DNA of 64,000 nt from Macrostomum lignano (GCA_002269645.1 NIVC01000875.1:62001-126000); one strand, 5' to 3'; shown: positions 12,936 through 28,084, counted from the first letter of the stretch. Made by a program: numbers and translations. Notes: generated by a model not told the origin, from the letters alone.

Positions 12936-13474
12936 GGCATTGATACAATCGGCTATGTACCGGTAGACGCCAGAAAAAAGCTGACAAGTAAGTCGGATAT
13001 GACTGTCGAGTGCTGCGGTGTCTTCTGCTCTGTTGGAGGCTTCCCGTACTTTGAAGAGCAAGACAGGACAGAATTATATTGGACAAAATAAACTGCCTCA
13101 ACCTGTATCTTGTATAAACATTAAAACGGCCTCTGCATTCAGAAAACTTATTCTCTTTAGAACGGTAGGTTTATTTATGCATTTACATAAATACGAGTAC
13201 TTTGTTCTGCTGTCACAATTCATTTTATACCAGAGCGGAGCTGCTTCAAGCAGTTGCAGATGCCCAGCCTCAACATCTCGTCGACTCTGCCGACCTCCTG
13301 GAGCATCGCCGCCGCCGCCCAAACAGCTCTGGACTGCCTGACCCCGTGCGAGGCCTCAGCTGACTGCCAGGCTGTGATTTTCTCTGGCCAGCAGCGCCTG
13401 TGCCACCTGCTGAGGTTCGCCTACCCGCCTGCCAGTCTGAGCAGCACCGATTGAGACTTTTTGTTCGCGGCTGA
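12936..13474 (+). pseudogene. WSC-PAN pseudogene (type A): 5' truncated, internal deletion, premature stop
   Basis: Partial WSC exon (PVDARKKLTSKSDMTVECCG.FCS.GGFPYF) runs straight into intron sequence. Exon 2 has a GCC expansion and a GGA>TGA change at 13452. Confidence 0.85.
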
Positions 13475-15233
13475 GTCTGCTCGAAGCAAGACAGTTTGAA
13501 AAACTGCAAATACTTCGTAAAATATATTGTACAGGTCATCTGACGCCAAAAAATAAATCCCTATACTTTTGAAAAATAAGCTAAGTAGTGCACTCGTATC
13601 GGATCATTTGATGCCCACTATACTCCAAATTGACAGCCAAGAAAAGGTCGCACGTAGGGCAGAGGCAAGGCAAAAATTCACAGCAGAGGCGGGTCATGAC
13701 TTGAGCAAGTCGCAACTGGCGTTGGCGCGCATGCAAGATGTCATCTTTTTGAGTGGTGAAGCTGCTTTTCCCCGACAAATTACACCTGCTTGTGACTGGT
13801 AGTTCGAGGGCAAGTGCTAGTGCTGGGAACTGCAATAGGCATAGACTCGATCAAATCCTCTAACACCAAAATAACCTAGAGTAGAGCCCTTATTTGCTAC
13901 CATCAGTCAGCAAAAATTTTTTTGAGTTCAATTTTTAGTGCACTTTGATGAGAGCTATGCCAGCTGCTCAGCTTTATTGATCGTCGAGTCTAGTGAAGCC
14001 CTGACAACTGATAGATGAGAGTGCAAGGATGCGATGCAAACAGCGCATTGTCTCCGGTTTAAAGCAGCTCTGAATAGAAATATACTGACTGTAAGAAGAG
14101 TTTACCATATTTTTCGAATCTTATAATCAAGTGAGCACAGAAGTAAAGCTTTAACGCGGCTTCAAAGCTTCGCTGAATGATTGACAGGAGGAAGTGAAGT
14201 AGTTTTCTGGCCATAATTTTTTTGCAACGTAGCAAAAACTCAAGAAAAAAAATTTGATAGATGCGGTGGTTTGGCCAATATTTTCTATTCGTTTTGGCGG
14301 AGTTCGGTTTAACCCTGTATTTAAATAGACGATTGAAAATAATCTCGGATTATCTACTGCCATTCTAGACGTCAGGCTGGTACAACTAACTTTGTTCTCA
14401 GAGGTTATCAGGGGTAGGAAAAATCCGTCGCATGGGATACATGCGGCATTCGGGGCCTTTGAGACTTTACAACGGCAATCCGGCATGCTCAAGGTTTGTT
14501 TCTCTTCTCAGCTCTCTTTTCTCTTCGATCTCCTCTCCGCTGTTTTATCTCCCTCTTCTCTCATCTCTTTTCTCCTCTTTTCTTTCTCCCTCTCCTATCT
14601 CTTCTCCTCTCATTTTCTCACTCAGATGGCCCTCAGCCGTGAGCTAGATTCTTAATCTTGCCCTTGAAGTAAAAACGTTGCCGACCCCTGCTCTATATAT
14701 GACAATAGCGCTTGTCGCGAGCGCCAAGAAACACATGGGGAACTGCTGGCGTCGCGGAAGTTCAGTCGCCTCGATCGTTTGTGCTTCGGAACAAAATTGC
14801 TGGTTCGGACTGACTGCAGCTCGAGTTGCAGCGCAGACGACCGCGTACTCGACAACTCCACGCTTGCCGTCGAGCGCAGTGATGAAGGATTTGATGATCA
14901 GACCAGATCGAGCCATGATTTTAATGCCTACGTGTTGCATTCCAGCCGTTGTGTTCATGGCCGCCTCCGATGGCAGCCCACAAATCTCGTGAGTCCGTCT
15001 GGTGGCCTGCGGAAGGAAGCGGATGCTGGCTGACACCATTCAGGTGGCTGACTAAAGTTACGGAGACCCATGCGATACTGAGATACAAATACTATAGGCG
15101 AATATGGCTACTAATAGTATTGACGTTTCATCAGACATTTTTATAGCTTTATGGATGACACACATTGGAAGCTAAGCGTATAAAAAGAGAAGGAGAACGC
15201 GAATTACCCTTTTCTCGATAACCGTCACACGCA

Positions 15234-16019
15234 ATGCTCCAGAAGCGCTATTTCTTGCTCATCGCCTGCTCTGCCCTTCTGCTGACCTGCGCGGTCCGGG
15301 GCAAAGAGTTCCGAGTTTCCTACATTGGCTGCTTTGTTGACGAGTCTGACAGGGACCTGAATGGCCTGGAAGGCGTTGATACAGTTGGCTCTGTGCCGGT
15401 AGACTCAAGAAAAAAGCTGACAAGCAGGTCAGACATGACTGTCGAGTTCTGCGGTGGCTTCTGCTCTCTGGGAGGATTTCCCTACTTTGGAGTGCAGGTC
15501 GGGAGGCAGTGCTTCTGCAGCAGGTACTTCGGTCGTTTCGGAATATCCAATAAAACAGCTTGCAATTATCCTTGCTCAGGAGACTCGAGTCAGGGGTGCG
15601 GAGGTTGTTGGCGCAACTCGGTGTTCGCTCTTACCTACCCGAGTGAGTGTTTAATGTCGTCTTGGGCTGCTAAAAGTTAGCAGCCTTTTTAAATAATTTT
15701 ATACGAGCTAATACATTAATCTACGCATCGAAATAAATACTTTGTTGTCACGTGTCCTGCTGCCGCCATTCATTTTATTCCAGAGCGGAGCTGCTTCAAG
15801 CAGTCGCAGATGCCCAGCCTCACGGTCTCGTCGACCCTGCCGACCTCCTGGAGCCTCGCTGCCCGAACAGCTCTGGACTGCCTGATCCCATGCGAGGCCG
15901 CAGCTGACTGTCAGGCTGTGATTTTCTCTGGCCAGCAGCGCCTGTGCCACCTGCTGAGGTTCGCCTACCCGCCTGCCAGTCTGAGCAGCACCGATGGAGA
16001 CTTCTTCGTTCGCAGCTGA
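15234..16019 (+). CDS. Secreted WSC + PAN/Apple protein, copy 5 (type A); exons 15234-15642 and 15784-16019
   Basis: 409-bp exon 1 and 236-bp exon 2, same lengths as copy 1. Canonical phase-1 intron; tataaaa at ~15178. Confidence 0.85.
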
Positions 16020-19000
16020 TGTGCCATTAGAAACTCGTTGGTAAAGGTTGAAATGTTTAGCAAGCTTATAAATATTATTGTTTTCTAGTATAGCACGCTT
16101 GAAAGTCAAGGACTACTTAAGACTTAAGTATATATAGATTTATATATTATATAATATATATTATATTATATATTATATATTAATAAATTAACATTATTTG
16201 AGCTCACATTAGTACCAAGATGCTCGTATTATCTGGTTTATTTAAATTTCCCTGCTTTAATAGCTTCTCTAAAATTACTTAATTCACCAAGAATTAATAA
16301 CTTGAGTCTGTCTAATTCGAACTTCAAATTGACAGTGGAAAGTAATTAAGGGTTTCGAAGTTATTCACAGCAGGCATTCTGCGTCCGGCTATATAGAGTT
16401 TCAGACTAGTTCACAATTCGGCAGACAAGGATTACTGGGCAAGAGCATATCACATGTCACGCGATCTTTGCAACTTGCTTAAACAGAGTGAGACTGTGCT
16501 GGAGTATCTCAATAAATGTGAACATATTTTAAGCTATCATACGTCCTGTAGCTATCAGCTCCTATACGTCCTGTAATTTGCATCTTGTCTGTAACAGGCC
16601 TACTATTTTGCAAGACGCCCAGCAGCTTCTAGACTTTAGTATGTTTGCGCAGCTCACATCTGAATTTTGATTGCTAATGAGAAAAGCCCGTGAAGAAGGA
16701 ACAAGTGCTTGTCATTTATACGACTAGGAGCTGTCTGAGCTCCAAGTTTGTTTGAGAAACCTGGGGTAGGCAGACTTCCAGCTTGTATTGCAACGTATAC
16801 TTTTTTGCTGCAGTCACTCTGCAGTCACTCTGGTACACTACTGCAGCAAGAGATGCCAGTTCAACCTAGCTGTATAAGTGCTACTAAAATGTCATTTTTA
16901 TCTAATCCTAGCTCTCAAATTAATCATCTGCATGCATCTTTATTCTCATCTGAAACCAATTTTGTAATTCTTGTACTGCAAACTGATGAATTACCTCGCT
17001 AATTCGTGCATGTAGAAAGTGTCTGAGGTGTAGCATGTACGCATTTTAAAACATTTACTAAAAGTAGTATAGCGAATTTTCTATTTTGTTTCAAAACACC
17101 AAACGGATTTCTATCGCGTGTGTCCGCCCATTCGACTTTCCCATAATAAACATAAAACTTTTTCGCAGGCTTGCACCATCAGAACAATCTTCCCAAATCG
17201 GGACAGAGTTCGTCAGGCGACTATAAAGCAAACACAGCAGTTCCCTGTGCGTTAGTGACACTTCTAAAAGTTGCTATTACACTCGTACGAATGAATTTTG
17301 TAGTGAAATTTTAACGCGAATAGTATTCGCTAAAGTACGAGCGTATGTAGCTTTGCTTGCAAGTTGATGCGTACGAGTACAATGAGCCGAAGTACAGAAT
17401 GCAAATCCTTTCCATTTTCATTTGGAGTGTATTTGCTCGCATGCAAAAGTGCACGAGTTTCTTCAAAGCCAAAGACTCTTTAACAATTAAACTATACTCA
17501 TATTTCATCACATATCCCAACAATTCAGCTTGAGCTAAGGCTTTTAATAAAGCATAGACGATGCATTGCATCTTTTTATACAACCTTGTGATTTTTTACG
17601 TGCAACATAATGTGATTTTAGTAGTCCTTGACTTCGTGCAGACGGCTCTATATAGGAGAATCTTAACAAAAGTCTCATTGGTTTATGTTGTTAAGGTATT
17701 GATGTTTGCTACACCAATGCACAGCATTCCTAAAGTTAAAATGAAGATTGGCAGACAAGAAGTCGTAATGGAACAGCTGTGCTAGGTTGAATAGCTCTCT
17801 ACTCCTGATGCAGTTTGGGAGCTACATGTAGGATTGCTGAGCATATTGAGAACTGGAGAAGCACATTTCTTCCCACTATAGTTTCTACTCAATGGGTCTT
17901 TTAAGTAAAATGAATACCTGTCAATAAAATTTAAAGATCTCCAAACGTAGTAGACTACAAGAAGTAGTAAGATAAAATTATGAACACCAGTTTAAAAATA
18001 GCTATGCGTCATACTCTATTTTTAGTAATACCAGTAATATCACGCAAACAGCGAGTGACTATGCTATTGTCCGAAAAACCGGTTCTCGACTTCTATTTTT
18101 AGAACTTCCAAATATGGTAAATGTTAACCTGAATGTGACCCAAGTCTCACCCCTCTCTATTCAAAAACCCCACCTGTCAAATAATAAAATTCCTTTCGTG
18201 ACCTCATCAAAAAACCGGTTTTGAGCTCAAGGCCGACAAATTGTGTATAAATACAAACGCGAAGTCCGAGCTGAAATCTCAGACTCGGAGCAGCTTCCAA
18301 AGATCTTGGGCTTTGCAAAAGCAGCCAAACGAGGCTTTATCTCTGAGGAAGAGATAAAAACCAATTGGTAAGCTTTGTTCGAGTCTTCGTTATTTTGATT
18401 ATTGAGAGCGATTGTTATTGCCGGCCGTTACTGTTCAGTTGATTTTATTGAGTCTATTGAGTTTGAGGCCTCCCTTTTCCTAAGGGATTGGGTAGGATCT
18501 GCGGACCGATTCCAATACTCTAAGAGGACTATTGATTGTTTGATTTGTTACCCTAGAGTAACCGATAGGAGCACACGACTCCGATTCCGTTATTTCTAGA
18601 AGAAGACGCCCTTTTTGGAGGATCTCGTCGTTGTTAAAGAATTGACTTTTTTATTAGGGCGCATCTCTGATTTCTGCACTCGAGGAGTACTTCGACGTCG
18701 ACGAATTAAATTGTTAAGCTCTCACGCTCGGCCGATTATAGAATTCAAGAAGACTACTCCGGAGGAAGAAGATTTGAGAAACGAGCTCGGAGAACCTGCG
18801 CAACAAAGAAGAGGAGCCGGCATCAGTAAATGATTACTGCATCCTGTTCCCAGGATTAACGTCTGGAAGTGGGAGTTCGTGCGTTTAGACACTAGACTTA
18901 ATTCTCTTTCTCTCTTTCTTTCTCTCTCTTTCTTTCTCTCTCTTTCCCTCTCTCTCTCTAGTGTGCTAAAGCGAACTCTTTAAAACGCGGAGGCCTGTCT

Positions 19001-19187
19001 TTCCAGAGTTTGCTAATATTGGAAGGCAAACCCTGTTGGGACTCAAAAAGAATTGCATAGACAGCTGTTCCTACTGGCAATCAAAATTGGAAGTGCTTAT
19101 CCCCACGGTCCCGTGCCGATAATTCCAATTTTATTCAAACGGATTCGTGTCGATAATTTTCAGTTTATTCCTACGGTAGCTTATTGC

Positions 19188-19258
19188 TTCATCCACGCAC
19201 GAAGAAGTCTCCATCAGTGCTGCTCAGACTGGCAGGCGGGTAGGCAAACCTCAGCAGG
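19188..19258 (-). pseudogene. 3' fragment of PAN exon 2
   Basis: Matches the last ~70 bp of exon 2 and is followed by the family-associated flank (18985-19090). Confidence 0.75.
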
Positions 19259-20178
19259 TAAACCTCAGCAGATTCTTGTGTAAAAAAATTTAAAAAAATA
19301 TGACTTTATTAGTTATGATACTGGTTGACGATTATGTCATTATAATCAGCGCGTGACACAGTGTCATTATAAATGTAGTATGACTTATATTATATTATTA
19401 ATCCATGCAACTTATATGCATGCAACTTATATTACGAGTATTCATCCATTGAGTACACTCTAGTACGTACACTATACACAATATAGTACACCTTTCTAGC
19501 TCTTCGATCCTCTCCTTTCCAGATAAACTCTTAAAATGAAAATCTCACGCCAGCTATTTATCTTTTGTACCGAAGAAAACTAATTTCCTAACTACCGGAG
19601 ATTTCCAAACCAAAAGAGCTTTTTTTACCTAAGCTCTTCAAATCCGCACCTTCAAGTGCGAAGAGTGTCAGCAGGCGTTGAAAGGCGATGATTTGGAAGA
19701 GACGCCCTTTTGAAGCCAAAAAGTGGGCTGGGTGAAACAGGAAGCCTGATCGATAATCCCCAATAAGGCAGTCATATCTGCAGTCTGACAGATGGAGCGC
19801 ACCTTCATGACAGCAGAGCTGTTCGTTCTGAAGAGGGGTGAGTCAACAGCTGCAAGAGAAGTTCTTTCCATTGTTCTTGCTAACATTCACAGGCAAATCA
19901 GAAATCGCAGTGAGCGCTGCTCTAGGGAGATGGCCAAGTGTTTGTCAGACTTCTGCATCACTGGTCAACTGTCAGCGGTCGCTCGCTCAGCAGAGAAAGA
20001 AAGGGTGCACAGCAAAGATGAAGACAACTGGTGAGAAGAAGACGCTGATGCGAATAACTAACGCTGTTTACTGGGTGTTTTAACATTCGAGTTTGTGTCT
20101 TTCCATAGAAACTGACTCAGTTTTGATTGACCCATTTGCATGTAGACATTCGATCTAACGTTAGGATTCATATCCGGT

Positions 20179-21058
<880 letters not shown>

Positions 21059-21281
21059 CGTATGATGCATGCAGCAGGGTTTTGGACACATACATGATTG
21101 TTGTGACACTTTGAAAACTGTGAAACTTTTAAACTAACATTAGAATTGCCAATATACTAAAAAAATTACCTACAAGTAAATCACTGGTGCAACTGCATAG
21201 AACCTATTGCTTAACGTTAGAGGCTTGAATTTTTAAATAAGCACGCTTGCAATTGACTCTTTTGCGTCATAAAGTAGCTGT

Positions 21282-21437
21282 CAGTGGCGCAATCAGAAAT
21301 TTGTTTAGAGGGGGGGGCAGAGGGGGTGCGGCTCTGTATTTTGGCGAAAATTCGCTTGGTCCCCCCTACGATTTTTTTCTGGTCTCCACCTCCGCCCCGA
21401 CCGCCCCCCCCCCCCCCCCCCCCTGGTTGCGCCACTG
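21282..21437. mobile_element. hAT-type MITE, 156 bp
   Basis: TIRs cagtggcgca...tgcgccactg; 8-bp flanks gtagctgt and gtagatgt (7/8 match). Confidence 0.75.
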
Positions 21438-21650
21438 GTAGATGTAATTCTTCTGCTCAGCACAGTAACAAGGTGCACCGCGTAAATATGTATTGTTTCT
21501 CAAATTTCAACACGCAATCAGCTCTACTCAAAGCAGTAGTAGATGAAGAAATTCAAAAAAGTGATTGATTCACACCCAAAAGCAGCCTATACGACTGTAC
21601 AATATAAAAAAGTGACAAAATAGTTCTCAGATCTAAAAGAAGAGACCAAG

Positions 21651-22624
21651 ATGTCTCCTCTTGGCAGTCGCCCAGCAGTCTTGGCAACTGCCTGCTGCTC
21701 TCTCCTGCTGGTCATTGGCGTCACCGCTGCTCGAGTCATTCAAGTCTCCTACATTGGCTGCTTCAATGACAACAGCTCGAAAGACATGAGAGGCTTATCG
21801 GGAATTAAGAGTGTCGGCGAAATCTCTGTTTCGGAACCAAGAGTGTTAAGCGGCAGCATGACTCAGGACTTCTGCAGCAGCTTCTGTGCACTTGGCGGCT
21901 TTCCGTACTTCGGGTTGCAGTTCGCAAGCGCCTGCTACTGCAGCTGGGACTTCGGCTCGCTGGGACCTGCCAAGGAAAGCGACTGCGATAGACCTTGCAA
22001 CGGAAACTCCAGCCAGATCTGTGGAGGCTCTTGGCGAAATTCTGTGTTCGCTCTGACCTACCCGAGTGAGTTTTCTTGCACTCAATCAGAGTTGATTGTC
22101 TAGACTTCTCGTAGCCGCTCAAGCAGTCAAGTGATGAATTGAAACGCGAGTTCATCACAGCAAGACATCAACGATCAGTTACTGTTTAGCACTTTTGGAA
22201 TATTGACTTTGTACGCTAGTAATTTATCGTGTTATAATAAAATATCCTAAATGGGACCTTTGGACTTTCGGTAAATGGGCTCCAGCAATATTCGGCTAAT
22301 TGCAAGACAAAGGTGCTCGACTCAAAATACGAGCTGTTACTGCTCAAGTGAGATCCACTCAAATTAACGCCCTGTTTGTTTGCTTCAGAGCGGAGCTGCT
22401 TCAAGCAGTCGCAGATGCCTAGCCTCACGGTCTCATCGACCCTGCCGACCTCCTGGAGCCTCGCCGCCCAAACAGCTCTGGACTGCCTGATCCCGTGCGA
22501 GGCCTCAGCTGACTGCCAGGCTGTGATTTTCTCTGGCCAGCAGCGCCTGTGCCACCTGCTGAGGTTCGCCTACCCGCCTGCCAGTCTGAGCAGCACCGAT
22601 GGAGACTACTTCGTGCGTGGCTGA
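21651..22624 (+). CDS. Secreted WSC + PAN/Apple protein, copy 7 (type B); exons 21651-22065 and 22389-22624
   Basis: 415-bp exon 1 (as in copy 2) and 236-bp exon 2. Canonical splice sites; promoter region homologous to copy 2. Confidence 0.85.
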
Positions 22625-23976
22625 GTCTGCAGTTACTAAAGAAAAGTTTAAGAGCAAGAGTTTGACTGTGCTCTGCTTGAATTAACAACACAGCAGTTAA
22701 TGCGCAGTGAACCTGCATGGTTATTTTGGTTTCATCTCTTGATAAAAATGTAATGTGAGCTAGTAGATTGCATGTAAAAACCGATTGGCTCACTAATATC
22801 AATTAAAAGTGCAAACTAGTGCCTCGATCATACTTGACCAAATATTTTTGACGATGATTTTTTACTTCAGAATGCATGATTAGTAAATAATATTTCAGTT
22901 TTAAGGAGACGGCAGAGGTAATTTTACTTTTTTGATAAGAAGCGACTGTGGAAAGTTAGGACTATATATGCTACAGGATATCGCATGTGCAAATACAAAT
23001 GTCTGCAGCAGCTTCTTAGAGCTCCCAGGGGAGGGGGGGGGTTGAAAGCCTATAAAGTCAATTTTTTACATGTTTTTTGAAACTGTATAGGAATATTTGC
23101 CAAATAAAAAGCTTGAAAAGCTAAAATACGTGTAAGCTACAAAGAATAGACGGCAAGAAACGTATTGGTTCTTAGTTCTTAGCTAACACTACTAGCTACG
23201 TATCCAGTCCATCTGGAATAAAAGATGCTTTAGCAGCGGTTACCTGCTACATGTATTTACACTACCGACGAAACTGCTTAAAAAATATCTCGACTCTATT
23301 AGTGATACGAGCGTACATCATATTCTCACTCAATAATCTATAGTTATTTGTGTATAACTATATCTACATGCATTAGATTTATCGTCTTTTTAACCAGTAA
23401 TTTTTGCTTAAGTTACTGTACTTACATGTACATGTAGCTACGAGTCTAATCTCTCTCCTTGTAGTCATTTCCATCGACAGTGACTTAAAAAACATTTACC
23501 AGCAAATTTTGCAAAATTTTAAGACAAGACATTTCATAACTTTGAGCAGAGCACGTTTTTTGGTTTAGCTGAGGCAAAAAAATAATTAATCTAATGCAAA
23601 CATCATGACTGAACAAACACTGTATATAGATATAGGAAAACAGCCAGAAGACCTTACTTATCCCTAAATCCACAAATAGGTTCAGAAGATAATGCAGCAG
23701 TTCTACATGTATGATTTCTGAAAATTTAACGTATACATGTACAGGGGCCGAAGACTAGCGGTCTAGCGCGCAGCGCTCTTACATGTACATGTATGTGTCA
23801 ACGACCGACCGTTTTGCTCGTGCAATTAACACACTGCTCTTGAAGGCTGCAACCCCCAAAGACACAGCTGAAGTGTACATGCAGCCTATAGCGATAAATA
23901 TTAATTAGTTAGGACCGCTCTGTACTCTCCTAGCTGTGTGAGTTGTGTGCCTGTGCGGCTCTGACTGCGTACGTAT

Positions 23977-24782
23977 TGTGACGTTGTCAGTTTAAGGTGG
24001 TCCCGAAAAGGGCCGTTGGACTGCTGTTTCTCTATAGTTTCAACCCTTCAGTTTCACCGTTTCTACTAAACTTTTCCATTTGTTTATTGCGACGTTTACT
24101 TGTAGTAGTGCCCAACGATTTTGTGGCAATTTCTAATTCACTGTATATTTTGCTATCCTCTCTCGCGACCGTATAAAATTGGCACGATCGATAATTTTAA
24201 GTTCTCTCGCCAGCCAATGAAAACCACTCGTGCTTCGCGCTACCCCCCTCTGCGCTCCTTTATTAAACCCCCCGCCTGGCGGCGGGCACTCCACCCTCCT
24301 CTCTCTCTCTCGCTCTCTCTCTCCGTCTGTCCTTGGCCTTGTGTGTGTTTTTACGGCCTTGTTTTCCTTCTCTCTGTCTGGCTGCCTCGAGCCTCCTTAC
24401 CTCACGCCACGACTGACGCCAACCTCGCCATTGCTCATCCGCCTGCCTACTACGTCTCACTGCCTTCACCGTGTACTCATTGCCATTGATCATCACGTTA
24501 CGTCGCCATTACATCACTCGTCTGTCGCTTGAACTCACATCCAATTTCTCTTAAAAGAAACCATTGTTGCAGCCGCCAGTGCCCAGAAAGCAATAGTTTG
24601 TTATTTGCCAGTAACAACCAAACTTACTATTTATATTGATAATAAAAACGACTACGGCAGTTTCCTGCCCTTATTGCCAAGTGCTCCGCTACACCATCCA
24701 CTTCGCCTAAGTTGACTTCAACTTATTTTGGGGACTAAAACGGCCCTTTTAAGGGTCACGGCCAACATCAAATAACGTGACA
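23977..24782 (+). mobile_element. Solo LTR (4-bp TSD, Gypsy-like)
   Basis: TG...CA ends with imperfect inverted termini (tgtgacgtt / aacgtgaca) and GTAT on both sides. Internal CCAAT (~24212), TATA-like (~24260) and AATAAA (~24641) occur in LTR order. Confidence 0.7.
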
Positions 24783-25660
24783 GTATCGATCCGCGCGCTC
24801 GTGTGCCCGCTCAGCTGGGGAGTCGACGGAATAGGCATTAATGCCTCTCTCGCCAGTTGTGGGACAATGTTGCTCAAAGTGCACTAGAGTGCACACAAGC
24901 CGGTCCTTTGCTTGTCTTTAATAGAAAAGTTAAACGTTCGCTGGTAAAAATCAGGTCGAAATGACGTCGAACTATCGAGGTCAAAGTTTTACGTCGAAAT
25001 GATACAGTTTAATCGACGTAATTTTAGCGTCGAGCATTCTAACGAATTCTAGCTCCAATCCTTGTCGCGTGTTGCTATAGTACACGGCGTTAGGTTAGGT
25101 CCACAATAAAAATGCGGCAGGAAAAATCATGCACAAGATTGATGCAGAAGATTGATACAAAAAATGCACAGGACAGATAGTAAAGAATTAAAGACTTGTA
25201 AATTGTTAATATGACAAAATATGCATAAAGTAACTGCTGATGGAATTGTACATAACTTTGTACATTTACATGTACATGTGATATGTAATCATGTACTTTT
25301 GTAATTTACACTGAAAATCAATTCTTAAACTACTTTTAACGTCTTGTGGGTGTTACGCTCCTACATAAACCGTATTTACATGTACAAGCATGCATGTACG
25401 AGCTAGCTAGGCACATACACCGCCCTCTACCTCTTGACGATTTGACTGCTTAGAGTATACGCTTTTAGATTTTAACAAATATAAACTTATCTGTGAACAG
25501 ATTATAAAAGTTTTCTGAAAGTTTAATAATTTTTTTTGTTTTTTAAAGGTTGAATTTTTAACTATAAATAAAATACTACAAACTGATTTTTGTATTTATA
25601 AATGTTTTTAAATGCTAACTTGATCCAGTATAATAATTAAGGATGACATTTCGATCAGAC

Positions 25661-26503
25661 GGCAACCGATCAAAAGGGCGACAGATGAAAAGGGCGACAG
25701 TTAAAAGGGCGACAGTCAAAAGGGCGACACTCAAAAGGGCGACAGGGTATTAGACCAAGAACTACTTAAGTGGAAGGACGGGAAACCTCGTTTCTTAGAA
25801 AATCTTAGAATCTTAGCAATAACAATTTTTGTGCTGACAATTTGTACTTGTATGTTAGAATGGGGTTCTAATATTTAATGTACGCTCATACATTGTACAT
25901 TTTTTTTAAATATATTTTTCTTTACTTCAACAGGCGGTTAGGACCAACAACGACTTAGAGAGCTGGCATCGCGCTCTAAACTACAGAGCCCAGCGAGGAA
26001 ACATCCAATTCTACCTGCTCATCAAGCTCCTATTCAATGAAGCGCGAATGATCCCCGTAGAGGTGCAGCTCCTCTCCCAAGGAGTAATGCGCCGCGTACA
26101 GCGCAACAGATACCGAAGTATGCAGGCCCAGTACTTCAAATACTGGAGAGAATTCAGGCGTGGCAACCGCTCGGCGGATGATCTACTGAAGGCGGTTAGT
26201 GAAATAAATGGACCTCACTGAACCACATTTTAACATTTAATAGTGTGTCCAATACATGTCCAGCTTTTATTCAACCCCATTTTAAGTGCTCGTACAGTTT
26301 TAACAACGCATTTTAACAAATACAAGTATAATACATGTTTAATGCTTAACAAATACTTTTAATGTACGTGGAACTCGTATTTTCAATATGAATACACTGT
26401 AACTGTCGCCCTTTTGACTGTCGCCCTTTTGACTGTCGCCCTTTTGACTGTCGCCCTTTTAACTGTCGCCCTTTTGATCTGTCGCCCTTTTGACCTGTAG
26501 GGC
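25661..26503 (+). mobile_element. Internally deleted MULE (Mutator-like) transposon retaining the last transposase exon (25934-26221)
   Basis: TIRs are built from 15-bp tandem units (aaaagggcgacag / ctgtcgccctttt). TSD cgatcagac at 25652-25660 and 26504-26512. After a caacAG acceptor the exon reads AVRTNNDLESWHRALN...FYLLIKLLFNE, a MULE RTNNxxExWH motif. Confidence 0.85.
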
Positions 26504-28084
26504 CGATCAGACTCTATAGGGCAATGAGGAGTTCAAGGTTAGTGTAAGTTAGCAGCTAGTAAATGAGAAAATAGGGTCTTCAAAAAATTCCTAAAAATGT
26601 AGCCTTTAGCCAAAGACACTATTATTTTAAACTTTGATGTCAATTTTCCGATAAACCTGCTAGATATGCCTTAAGGGTTGCAAATTCGGCAACAGACAAC
26701 TTCGGCGACAGAAATTTAATAGACAAATTCACGGCAATATTTTACTTTCGAATTCGCACGTTTAATTTGGAAATTGTAGATTCTTTTCAGTTCAACGATG
26801 AATATCGTAACTGATTAAATGGAAATTGGAAAGACTGATGAGTTTCACATTACAGATCCCCAACTTTGGAGATGGGAAAAGATTTCCCTAATTTAGTAAT
26901 TGGACAAAAGCAAATGTGGCAATAGAAATAGACTAGGCAAATAGGGTGACGAATCTTCTATATTTTTAACATATTTTTAAATACCAGTTTAGTATATTAG
27001 AATTTATTTTTGTTTTTTTTCAGTGCATATTTAGGTAGCAATAGTTGCAATTGCAAAAGGAGTGCAATGATTTTTATACTAAAGCTTAGGACCTTTGATA
27101 GAAAAAATGAATATCAAAATACAAATTAAATTTATTGGTTTTAAATGGTCCTTTTAATAATAATTATGATAACTATAAGTAATTACTATTTTTAATTACT
27201 ATTTTTCTATGGCCAATAGGCCTAGCCTGGATTAGTCAAGAATAGAGATCAATAAATATTTGGAATATTTAAAGTTGAATCAAATCAACCAAATATTCAG
27301 TTAATAGACCCTATTAAAATTTGAAATTTGACCTAACAATCTAAATAGTGAACAATCACTTTGATATATATAAGGCAAAGATTTGGAATAAGTCATGATT
27401 TGATTTGAATATTGGTCCAAGTGTTATGGCTCATAATTTATACCAGGGAATTAGGTATAATTGTTTTCTAAAGAAATAGAAAGATTAGAAGCATAGCAGT
27501 TAAGCCTATCTATTGTGTTAAGATTTGAGAAAGCTTTAGAAAAAAGAAAAGAAGGTATTGTAGGTTTGTGGTTTATAACTGAGTTAAAAAATTAAAGATA
27601 GAACAATACATGGCATATCTTGGCAAAAAAGGGGTGTTTAAAGCAATTGCAAGCATGTTATACTCAAATTTATGGCTTTAAAAAAGTGAAATAGTAAGAA
27701 ATGTAATTATGGAATATTGATTCTGGGGTAGGCCTATTGATTTTTATAAACTTAGAGGGGTAAGGTTGGCATTTGGTCTGGGCACATTCCATTGGAAATA
27801 ATTAAACATATATGCCTATTATTCAAGGGCTACTAAAGGAAATAGGAGTATAGGACTTAATATTTAATACTATGATATGTTTCTAGCAATGAACAATGAG
27901 TAATAGCAATTTATCTAAAATAAATTCATTTAGCCATTTTAATTAGCTCTATTGGTGAGTGGCTAATAAGTAGTAAGGTAGGCATATTTGTATTTGTCAT
28001 TATTCAATATTTGAATGTTTCATTTGATTCAAATTTAATCAAATTTGGCTCAAAAAATTGTTTTATCTTATCTTTAGACAAAAA

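Noticed and set aside
18230-18900. Short coding-like fragments (e.g. ORF 18615-18833)
   Set aside because: No recognisable motif and no consistent exon chain.
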